Positions 56,170-64,000 of a stretch of 64,000 bases of DNA are shown in pieces. The stretch's first letter is position 1. Each line of letters starts with the position of its first letter. The stretch is from assembly GCA_045604905.1 (NCBI GenBank), contig JAZUOX010000061.1:1987-65986 (forward strand), written 5' to 3'. The translations under genes and the position numbers were made by a program. This DNA comes from Clostridia bacterium (GTDB lineage Bacteria > Bacillota > Clostridia > UMGS1883). Below the pieces are notes generated by a model that did not search any database, had not been told where the DNA came from, and saw only the letters and a program-made list of their open reading frames with translations.

Positions 56170-56297
56170 GCGTTTTTTACGTTCTGCATTTTTTGTCTGG
56201 TAATCAGCTTCATTTTACTTACTGATTTCCTATGTACACGATTGAGAAAAGAATTAGTCTTTTTTCTACTGTCACTATACTTTTTAAATTCGTTCAT
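56166..56297 (-). CDS. Unannotated 43-aa highly basic peptide (below the ORF-track size cutoff)
   Basis: Hand translation gives MNEFKKYSDSRKKTNSFLNRVHRKSVSKMKLITRQKMQNVKNA. GGAG lies 8 nt upstream of the ATG at 56297. Its stop overlaps the downstream start (ATGA at 56166-56169). Its ATG lies 5 nt after the upstream stop. Confidence 0.5.
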   Translation of the reverse strand: MNEFKKYSDSRKKTNSFLNRVHRKSVSKMKLITRQKMQNVKNA

Positions 56298-56302
56298 ATT
56301 AA

Positions 56303-57181
56303 TTACTCCATATTCTCCGTATTCATTATTATATTTGTTGCAGATTCTTTAGAATAATACTTCTTATAATTTTTTCTCCGAATCTCTTGAAATTCTCTTG
56401 CAAATTTAAAATCAGGCTCTTTCTCTTCAAAAGTAGTCTCATCAATATTCATATCCCCATTATCATCGTATTCAAACTTTAATAAATTAAAATTGCTCAG
56501 CTCTGAAAATTCAGTTGACATCCTCTTTATGCGTTCAAGAAAATATGCAAAATCCAAAAAAGCTGCTTTGTAATTGTTTTGATTGATATAAATCTGTATA
56601 TTTTTAAATTCATTATAAAAATTCAACAATTCAGTTTTCTGCCACGAAGTATACTCTCCCTTTTTCCATTCCGGGTCATACTCAAACATCTGTTGGAATC
56701 TTGTTAGGTTTAACGAAATAAAATCTACTAAGCACTCTTTTCTAGTCGCTGTTTCTATTTCAGTAAAATTGTCAGCAGTCATTCGTTTGTAATATTCGTG
56801 ATACCAACGATGTTGCTTTTTGATATAAGAATCTAAGTCTAATATGGAATCTTTGCTAAAATCAAAATTTATCGAATATATAATATTTCTATATAGAATC
56901 TTAAATTCATGCATAAACCTTGCTCTTTGTTTTATCTGTTCTCTAATTTTAATTTCCTTATCATTAAGATAGAACACCAATGAAACTAAAGCAGATGTTG
57001 CCGCTCCAGTGCCTAATCCCAACAACAGATTTTGACACCATCCTTCATAATATAAACTATTAGAAATCAATACATATGCCAAAATCGCCAAAAAAAGAAA
57101 TAGTACCATTGACTTCAACTCAGATACAATTATTTTATACTCAGCTTTAATATTATTTAAATTTTTAATACTTTTTCTCAT
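56303..57181 (-). CDS. Hypothetical 2-TM membrane protein (292 aa) with a large cytoplasmic C-terminal domain
   Basis: The two TM helices are MVLFLFLAILAYVLI and LLLGLGTGAATSALVSLVFYL. An approximately 210-aa K/E/Y/F-rich domain follows. I recognise no family. The region is AT-rich. Confidence 0.6.
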   Translation of the reverse strand: MRKSIKNLNNIKAEYKIIVSELKSMVLFLFLAILAYVLISNSLYYEGWCQNLLLGLGTGAATSALVSLVFYLNDKEIKIREQIKQRARFMHEFKILYRNIIYSINFDFSKDSILDLDSYIKKQHRWYHEYYKRMTADNFTEIETATRKECLVDFISLNLTRFQQMFEYDPEWKKGEYTSWQKTELLNFYNEFKNIQIYINQNNYKAAFLDFAYFLERIKRMSTEFSELSNFNLLKFEYDDNGDMNIDETTFEEKEPDFKFAREFQEIRRKNYKKYYSKESATNIIMNTENME

Positions 57182-57321
57182 AAACTCACCCTTATTAACT
57201 ACACTTAAAAAGCATTATAAATCAATTTTCTCCGCTATTCGACAATATTCGACTTTTGTCAAGACTGGCTAAAACAACATTTTTGGCACAAAAGTTATAG
57301 AGATTGTTTTCGGAAATTTTC

Positions 57322-58482
57322 TCAAGTCAGCTTTAAAATGTAGTCTTTTACTTTTTCAAGGCTACTCATTTTCCATTCGTCGTCTTCGGCTTTAAGTGCA
57401 AGTGGCATAACGAAAGCAAAGTCCATATGAGCATCTTCAACATAGCCCTCGGCTTCACCGCTAAAGAAATATTCATCCCACACATCGTCATCTGCATTTT
57501 TGAAACGGTCAGGCTCAAGGTAAATCATACGCCTCTTTTCCTCCGCAATAAAGCTCTTTGCTGCTAGAGGTGCAAGAAGGTTATATTCTTCTTCATCAAT
57601 ATTTGTAAAAATATCTGGAAGCTGAGATGCTTCTATACATCCCTTTTCGCGGTTTATTTTAATACCTGCTGCCTCAAAGCTGAGTTTTTCTTCTGTAAAT
57701 ATAAGCTTAAGCAATACTGCATCATCAGTATAAAGATGTGCACGCTGATAGTCGGTGTCAAATATAAAATTGCCGAGGGAGTAGAAAATCATTTTACCTT
57801 CCTCAAACACTTCATAATTTTCGGGCACATGGGGGTGATGACCTACAACTGCATCTGCACCCATTTCAAGATATTCTATGTATCTGTCTCGGGTATAAGG
57901 TGTGGGAAGTGCCGTAAACTCCTCCCCTCCGTGGGAAATCACAACACACCATCTGCATTTTTCTTTTATTTCGCAAATCCGCTTTTCAATCAATTCCATA
58001 TCGTCCCAGCGGAAAATTCCTGCATCGGTTTTTGTTGCCGGAACACATTCTGTCATATATGAAACACAGATAATGCCTATTCCGCCTGCTTCGTCAATAT
58101 AAACAGGCTCAGATGCTTCAATCTCGTTAAGACCTGCGCCAACGGCAAGAACACCGTTTTTCTTGGCATAGTTTTTGGTAGAGATTAACCCCTCTACCCC
58201 TGCGTCCATGGTGTGATTATTACCGATGCTCCATATATCGGCACCGATTTCATTAAAAGTTCTGATAGCCTCAGGATTCATACTGTGGAAAAACACACCT
58301 CGGGAACCGTCATCAACAGCATTAATGAGTGCCCCCTCAATATTAAGACAAACATGGCCTGCACTGTGGAAAAAATCCAGCACCGAAGAGGAGAGAAAAT
58401 TCTCATCCTCCCACTTTTTATCCATATACCGGTCAAAGCCTACATCGCCTGAAAATATGATTGAAGTCTGCGTTTTTTTCAT
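57322..58482 (-). CDS. CapA-family (PGA_cap) metallophosphatase-fold protein
   Basis: ...FSGDVGFDR...NIEGA...SIGNNHTMD...ISHGGEE...VGHHPHV... shows the family motifs. Confidence 0.82.
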   Translation of the reverse strand: MKKTQTSIIFSGDVGFDRYMDKKWEDENFLSSSVLDFFHSAGHVCLNIEGALINAVDDGSRGVFFHSMNPEAIRTFNEIGADIWSIGNNHTMDAGVEGLISTKNYAKKNGVLAVGAGLNEIEASEPVYIDEAGGIGIICVSYMTECVPATKTDAGIFRWDDMELIEKRICEIKEKCRWCVVISHGGEEFTALPTPYTRDRYIEYLEMGADAVVGHHPHVPENYEVFEEGKMIFYSLGNFIFDTDYQRAHLYTDDAVLLKLIFTEEKLSFEAAGIKINREKGCIEASQLPDIFTNIDEEEYNLLAPLAAKSFIAEEKRRMIYLEPDRFKNADDDVWDEYFFSGEAEGYVEDAHMDFAFVMPLALKAEDDEWKMSSLEKVKDYILKLT

Positions 58483-58485
58483 TTT

Positions 58486-59400
58486 TTACTTCTCCTTCTT
58501 GTAGTTAAGCACAGTTATACCTATGCAGATAAGCACAAGGGCGATAAGAAGATTTACATACGATACACCGCTTGCCTCTGTAAGCATAAGCTCAGATAAA
58601 AGCACACCGAATACAGGTATCATAAAGCTGAACACAGTAACTCTTGATACCGGGTTATGCTTGAGAAGTACACCCCACAGTGCATAAGCTATTGCAGAAA
58701 GGAACGAAAGATATGTAAGAACACCAACCGCCTCAAGGCTTTCTATCTGAATTCTTCCACCCATAAGAGCACCTGCAACAACCATTACTGTACCGCCAAT
58801 AATAAACTGATATCCGCTGATTACAACAGGGTCCTCATCGTTAGAATAGCGTTTCATAAGAACGGAAGAAACGGCATACGCAACTGTTGAGAAAAGGACA
58901 AATGCATCGCCCCAGTTAACTGTAAGGTCAAGTCCGTTAAGGTTAACTATGATAATTCCTGCAAATCCCAGAATACAAGCAATAATTTTCTTTACAGTAA
59001 GCTTTTCCTGACGGAAAATAAGGCTTGCTATAATAATTGAAAAGAATGTGTTTGAACCGCTTATTATAGTACCTTTAACTCCACTTGTAAGGCTGAGTCC
59101 CATATAGAAAAAGAAGTACTGTATTATAGTCTGGAAAAGGCCAACCGTGGCAACTTTTCCCAGGTTCTCCTGCTTTGGAAAAAGAAACTTTTTTCTTGCA
59201 ATAGAGTAAATTACAATTGTGATAATTCCTGCAAAGAAAAATCTTATACCTGCAAAAAGAATTGTGGATGGAACAGTCGCCTCAGGGCGGATAAGCTCAT
59301 AACCTATTTTGATAAAAGGTGTGGCACTGCCCCAAAGTGCACAACAAAGAATTGCTGCAAGTGATACGAACCATACATTTGTAAAAAGCTTATTTTTCAT
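58486..59400 (-). CDS. DMT-superfamily (EamA) transporter
   Basis: It has 10 TM segments forming two EamA repeats. Confidence 0.85.
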   Translation of the reverse strand: MKNKLFTNVWFVSLAAILCCALWGSATPFIKIGYELIRPEATVPSTILFAGIRFFFAGIITIVIYSIARKKFLFPKQENLGKVATVGLFQTIIQYFFFYMGLSLTSGVKGTIISGSNTFFSIIIASLIFRQEKLTVKKIIACILGFAGIIIVNLNGLDLTVNWGDAFVLFSTVAYAVSSVLMKRYSNDEDPVVISGYQFIIGGTVMVVAGALMGGRIQIESLEAVGVLTYLSFLSAIAYALWGVLLKHNPVSRVTVFSFMIPVFGVLLSELMLTEASGVSYVNLLIALVLICIGITVLNYKKEK

Positions 59401-59401
59401 T

Positions 59402-60388
59402 TTAATTTTCTCCTTCCAACGGATATGTTATGCCGATTTGTTTTCTGATAAAGTCCATTTCTTTAAGTATCGCTATACTTTCAGATATGGGCATTATGCT
59501 ACTTTCTGTTCTGCCTGCAAAAATAACGGTGCAGGCTTCTATGATTTCTTCTTCAAATCCATCGCCTATGCTTGGCATCGGAATCACTTTTTCTTTGCCG
59601 TCTTTTGCAAGAATTATTTCTTGTGCTCCGTAAAATGTCGGCAGCTTTATATAACCATCTGTACCATATATAAAAGCAGTTTCGGGCTTTGCAACTTCAA
59701 TGGCACAAGAAAGGCTCGCTATCATACCGTCAGTGTATTCCAGTGTCATCTGTGTATGTAGGTCAACACCGTTCCGTGTTACTGCTTGTGCGGTTATTTT
59801 TCTGTTTCTGCCAAAAAGGTATGCTGTAAGATTGAGAGGATATATTCCGACATCAAGGAGTGCTCCCCCTGCTATGGCATTGTCAAAAAGTATGGATGCA
59901 TTTTCAGGCGTTTCCCTGTAACAGAAATCCGCTTCAAAACCTTTTATTATACCTATCTCTCCATTTTCAATCATTGCCTTTGTTTCTTTTATTGCAGGAA
60001 GAAATCTTGTCCACATAGCTTCCATAAGAAACACACCGTTTTCTTTTGCACATTCTGAAAGCTTTTCTGCCTGATATGCATTTACACATATGGGCTTTTC
60101 GCAAAGGACATGCTTTTTATTTTCTATAAAAAGCTCTGCACAAGATTTGTGAAACGGATGAATTGTGGAAATATATACTGCATCAATTTTATCCGACAGC
60201 GCCATTTCTTCATAGCTCGAAAACACATTTCCAATTCCGTATTTATCTGCAAATTCAGAAGCTTTATCATATGAACGGGACGCTACTGCAGTAATCTCGG
60301 CTCCATCCACATTTTTAATTGCCGCTGCAAATTTATTTGCAATATTACCGGGGCCCGCTATTCCCCACCTTATTTTTTTTAAACTCAT
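59402..60388 (-). CDS. Gfo/Idh/MocA-family oxidoreductase
   Basis: The Rossmann N-terminus reads IRWGIAGPGNIANKF. The motif ...CEKP... is present. Confidence 0.88.
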   Translation of the reverse strand: MSLKKIRWGIAGPGNIANKFAAAIKNVDGAEITAVASRSYDKASEFADKYGIGNVFSSYEEMALSDKIDAVYISTIHPFHKSCAELFIENKKHVLCEKPICVNAYQAEKLSECAKENGVFLMEAMWTRFLPAIKETKAMIENGEIGIIKGFEADFCYRETPENASILFDNAIAGGALLDVGIYPLNLTAYLFGRNRKITAQAVTRNGVDLHTQMTLEYTDGMIASLSCAIEVAKPETAFIYGTDGYIKLPTFYGAQEIILAKDGKEKVIPMPSIGDGFEEEIIEACTVIFAGRTESSIMPISESIAILKEMDFIRKQIGITYPLEGEN

Positions 60389-61623
60389 TTATTACCTCTC
60401 CCAAAATATTTTCTCATAAACAGCATAAGTATAAATCCGCAAAGCGGAAATACTCCCGCTATAATAAATCCGGAACGCATACCAATCTGCTCAGCGGTAA
60501 TTCCAATCATTTCGCTCAGGGATTGAGCAAAAGTACTTACACCGATTTTATCCGATACTATTCCCACAATCTGCGGCACTATTGATGCCCCCATATCTCC
60601 GCCTGCCGCCATAAGTGCATACGCTGCAACACTCATCCCGGGGATTTTATCCTCTGTATAAATAAGACTGCCGGGCCAGAGCATCGATGTGCACAACCCC
60701 GCAACAGCACAAGCAACAAGTGCAACTGCCGGGCTATGTACCATACCTGCACACATATAACAGAAAAATGCACCAAGAAGACCGTAAAGAATTACTTTCT
60801 CTATGTTTTTTCCCACTTTGGCATATGTTGTTCTTCCGATTCCCAAAAGAGCACCAAACAAAGCAAGTCCGAAGACATCCCCCCATACTTTCGGTATTCC
60901 AAGTGCTTTTTCAGCAAATCCCGAGGTCCATTGCGACATTGTACACTCTGCCGCGCCACCGAAAAATATACAAAGCACACAAAGCATTAGTCCTCTGCTG
61001 AAACCTGTTGTTTTCCCTTTTTCATCTCCACCGATTTTCATAGGAGGAATTTCAGACACAAGAAACATTATCCAGCTTGCAAGCGGTACAATAGTCCACA
61101 AAATTGCAAGATACATCCAGTTTGTTTTTCCGAAAGCTTTAAGGAATAATGTGCTTATGATAACTACTGCCACAACACCCCATGCGTATACGGAATGAAG
61201 CTTACTCATTTCCCTCTCCGGGTTATCAGATGGAATGGCAGCTATAACAGGACTCATCAGAACTTCTGCAAGCCCTGAACCTATTGAAGCGATTACCGTT
61301 CCAACAATTATCCACAGATACGCATTTTCCGGAAAGAAATGTGGCACAATCGCATAAATAAGCATACCTACAGCCGAAATAAACGGTGTATATCTGACCG
61401 TTTTTTCAATGTTAAAATACTTTGTGAAAAAGCTGAAAATCAGGTCAATCAATAGCTGCGTTGCAAAGTTCATCACAACAAGAAACCCCATCTGTGTGTA
61501 AGATATTTTGTACATTTCGCGAAAAGTCACAAACAGAAGCGGCGAAATATTTGCTACTGCCGACATTGTTAAGCCTGTCGTATAACAGGCATATTTTGTA
61601 ATTTTATATCGATTTTTTTCCAT
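60385..61623 (-). CDS. MFS transporter
   Basis: This is a 412-aa protein with 12 TM segments. Confidence 0.8.
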   Translation of the reverse strand: MEKNRYKITKYACYTTGLTMSAVANISPLLFVTFREMYKISYTQMGFLVVMNFATQLLIDLIFSFFTKYFNIEKTVRYTPFISAVGMLIYAIVPHFFPENAYLWIIVGTVIASIGSGLAEVLMSPVIAAIPSDNPEREMSKLHSVYAWGVVAVVIISTLFLKAFGKTNWMYLAILWTIVPLASWIMFLVSEIPPMKIGGDEKGKTTGFSRGLMLCVLCIFFGGAAECTMSQWTSGFAEKALGIPKVWGDVFGLALFGALLGIGRTTYAKVGKNIEKVILYGLLGAFFCYMCAGMVHSPAVALVACAVAGLCTSMLWPGSLIYTEDKIPGMSVAAYALMAAGGDMGASIVPQIVGIVSDKIGVSTFAQSLSEMIGITAEQIGMRSGFIIAGVFPLCGFILMLFMRKYFGRGNK

Positions 61624-61632
61624 AGTACACCT

Positions 61633-62946
61633 TTACTGAATTTTAACCTTTTGTTTTGCTATTACAAAATGAATAAACATAACTGCAATCACTATAAGTA
61701 CAAATGACACAAGAGAAAGTAACTGCTGTGCATTTACATACATTCCGAAAATCATATTACCGTTATTCTGCACCGCCGAAAGCACAGCACCCCCGATTAT
61801 CGATGCTGCAAAGCCGCACAATCCGCTGATTGAATTCTTTATTGCCATTGCCTGAGTTATGCAATTAAGAGGTACATAGCTGTATGCAATATTGAAAGAG
61901 TTCTGATTAGTACCTGCCAGAGACACATTATAAAGAACTGTAAAGATTATTACCAACCACCATGTAGACGGTGTTGTAAATATATTCACAAAAAATGCTA
62001 TTGCCGCAAATGCAAGCCCAAGCTCCATACCTTTGGCAAAGCTGCGTTTGTCGGAATATACCGCAAACGGCTTTGAAATAAGCATCCTTGCAGCATTTGA
62101 AACTATGTTTATAAGCTGAATAACAAATACGCTTATTGCAAGCTCCTTAGTCTTATATACGCCCATAAAGCCAACTGTGAAGTAAACTGCAAATTTCTGA
62201 AGACTTTCCATTATAATAACATTACGGAAATTTTTATTTATAAATGTATTTTTTATAACCTCACCCAATGATATGGCTGACTCTTCCTCCTGCGCCTGAT
62301 CACTTTCGCTTTTTATGAGTTTCAGACAAATAAAGTTTCCTATGTTGATTACAAGAATACTAAAGGAAATAAACAGAAATCCTCCGTTAAGATTTCCGAG
62401 ACTTTCGAATTTGTCTATTATGTAACCGAAAACTGCAGTGAAAATAATACCGGCTATAAGTGAGGTAACCTCTTTATTTGCAGAATAAACTGCTCTCAGA
62501 GATGGCTCAACATGAGAATTTGCCCATTTGAAGAGCATTGACGAAATAAGGTATTTGATAGCGTACGCAAGCATTATCGAAACAATTACCAGTGTTCTTC
62601 TCAAATCAGGACTTACCGGCAAAAAAGGTACCAGATACAGAATCACAAAAAAACAGATACTTACTGTATCGCATATCATAACTATTTTCTTAGTTGAGGT
62701 CTTTGTTTTTACCAGAAATATTGATAAAAGCTGAAAAACAAATGCAAGACTTACAAAGGATGAAATTATGCCTATATACCTGTCACTAACCTCAAGCGCT
62801 GAAAGAAGCTTTGCAAGGAAAGCATCAGACACAAGAAGCATAACGAAATACTCAAAGGCACACTGTACCATATAAGCATTTCTGGACCGTTTGTATTCCT
62901 TTGTTTCAAATCTGTTATCCATATTATTTAAACGCCTTCTTCCCAT
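61633..62946 (-). CDS. MFS transporter (possibly glycoside-pentoside-hexuronide-like)
   Basis: This 437-aa protein has about 12 TM segments. An alternative start is the second Met (MDNRFETKEY). Confidence 0.75.
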   Translation of the reverse strand: MGRRRLNNMDNRFETKEYKRSRNAYMVQCAFEYFVMLLVSDAFLAKLLSALEVSDRYIGIISSFVSLAFVFQLLSIFLVKTKTSTKKIVMICDTVSICFFVILYLVPFLPVSPDLRRTLVIVSIMLAYAIKYLISSMLFKWANSHVEPSLRAVYSANKEVTSLIAGIIFTAVFGYIIDKFESLGNLNGGFLFISFSILVINIGNFICLKLIKSESDQAQEEESAISLGEVIKNTFINKNFRNVIIMESLQKFAVYFTVGFMGVYKTKELAISVFVIQLINIVSNAARMLISKPFAVYSDKRSFAKGMELGLAFAAIAFFVNIFTTPSTWWLVIIFTVLYNVSLAGTNQNSFNIAYSYVPLNCITQAMAIKNSISGLCGFAASIIGGAVLSAVQNNGNMIFGMYVNAQQLLSLVSFVLIVIAVMFIHFVIAKQKVKIQ

Positions 62947-63006
62947 AATCCCTCATAATATATCATATCATAACTTGCCGGAAATGTCCAGCAATCCGTA
63001 TAAATA

Positions 63007-63043
63007 AAATTGGTGCAAACAGTAAAAGTTTACACCAATTTTA
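63007..63043 (-). terminator. Intrinsic terminator after the aldo/keto reductase gene
   Basis: On the minus strand: AAAATTGGTGTAAAC-ttttact-GTTTGCACCAATTTT. Confidence 0.7.
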
Positions 63044-63982
63044 TTACATAATTTCCTTAAATATTTGTTTCACTTCTGCATCTTCAAGCACGATGTCTGC
63101 ACCCTGCATTGAATCTTCTATCTGCGCTAATCTGCTTCCACCGATTACTGGGAAAGTGTCAGGAACCGCGATTGAGCACATTGCTCCGCATACTATTGCT
63201 CCGACAGTTGTATTATACTTTTTTGCAAGAGATTTCATATATTCTGCTTTTTCAAGATTCTTCTCACACAAATAGCGCTTTTTCGCTTTTTCAGAAAGAG
63301 CATCCACGCCCTGCTCGACAACTTTTGAGAAAAATCCCTTTGCCTGTGAGGAATATGCCACAACAGGCATATCTGCATTTTTGTAGAAGCTGAATTCATC
63401 CCTATCCATCCCTACAAGTCCGCCTCTTTCTCCAAGGCAATACGCAGGATTGAAACGAATCTGACTTGCAGAAAACCCGTCAATACCGCGTTCTTTGGCA
63501 TACTTATTCACTTTTTCTATTCTATCTGACTGCCAGTTAGATGCACCGAATTTCTTTATTTTGCCTTCTTTAACAAGACGGTTCATAAGTTCTGCTATTT
63601 TTTCAGGCTCAATCACTCTGTCGTCACGGTGAAGCCAGTAAAATTCTATACAGTCTGTGTTAAGTGCTTTAAGACTTTCTTCAAGGTCGGAAACAATGTC
63701 TTTTTCCGTAACTCTTGAAACTTCGCCTGCATCCGGCTCAAAATATCCGCCTTTTGTATAAATGTACATTTCGGAAGCTTTTCTGTCCTTTATCCACTTT
63801 CCGACAATTTCCTCAGAAATCCCTTTCGCATAAAGTCTGGCAGTATCAATATGTGTTCCACCTTTTTCGCGGAATTTATCCATTATGGCAAAAGCATCTT
63901 CCTCAGAAATTCCATCTCCGAAATATGCTGTTCCCAGAAATATTTTTGAGGCTTTAACTCCAAAAGAATCCGAATATCTCAT
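63044..63982 (-). CDS. Aldo/keto reductase
   Basis: ...IDTARLYAKG...GASNW... are present. The protein is 312 aa. An AGGAGG RBS lies upstream. Confidence 0.88.
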   Translation of the reverse strand: MRYSDSFGVKASKIFLGTAYFGDGISEEDAFAIMDKFREKGGTHIDTARLYAKGISEEIVGKWIKDRKASEMYIYTKGGYFEPDAGEVSRVTEKDIVSDLEESLKALNTDCIEFYWLHRDDRVIEPEKIAELMNRLVKEGKIKKFGASNWQSDRIEKVNKYAKERGIDGFSASQIRFNPAYCLGERGGLVGMDRDEFSFYKNADMPVVAYSSQAKGFFSKVVEQGVDALSEKAKKRYLCEKNLEKAEYMKSLAKKYNTTVGAIVCGAMCSIAVPDTFPVIGGSRLAQIEDSMQGADIVLEDAEVKQIFKEIM

Positions 63983-64000
63983 TTTCCTACCTCCTTATTA

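Noticed and set aside
1-64000. I looked for CRISPR arrays, tRNA or rRNA genes, transposases, integrases and prophage genes.
   Set aside because: I saw no regularly spaced direct repeats, no cloverleaf-capable GC-rich segments of 70-90 nt in the intergenic regions, and no recombinase-like ORFs. The only repeats found are those reported above.

Overview
The window looks like a gene-dense core chromosomal segment of a spore-forming, anaerobic Firmicute. The class Clostridia is my inference from gene content: spoIIE, PFOR (nifJ), hydF, a split transketolase, an IspH-S1 fusion and a Cthe_2159-type protein. I support about 61 protein genes, most on the minus strand. They include split MetH parts, nifJ, spoIIE, and a cell-shape/division block (maf-mreC-mreD-pbp2-minCDE-mgsA). 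Housekeeping genes follow: ppa, rsmF-like, ispH/rpsA fusion, plsC, cmk, pcrA, tktAB, mrnC, cysS, cysE. The rest covers uracil permease plus upp, sugar-type oxidoreductase and transporter operons, and a VTC/DUF4956/Cthe_2159 cluster with a two-component system. I found no rRNA, tRNA, CRISPR array, transposase or integrase.

Four things stand out.
1. Two diverged copies (602 and 433 nt) of a hairpin-rich non-coding element lie in inverted orientation around a 2-gene cassette. Each starts 2-4 nt after the stop codon of the outer flanking gene. The two copies show compensatory base changes in shared long-range helices. A roughly 40-nt ends-only mini copy sits after a third stop codon.
2. An 849-aa protein fuses a complete Tet(M)/EF-G-like translational GTPase to an intact Rae1/YacP-type NYN ribonuclease domain.
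3. An AT-rich 3-gene operon encodes two 2-TM proteins and a 43-aa basic peptide that is missing from the ORF track.
4. A possible bacterial VTC-like polyphosphate module is linked to a secreted beta-helix protein.

All homology calls come from recognising motifs by eye. Hairpin and promoter coordinates are hand-counted and may be off by about 2 nt.
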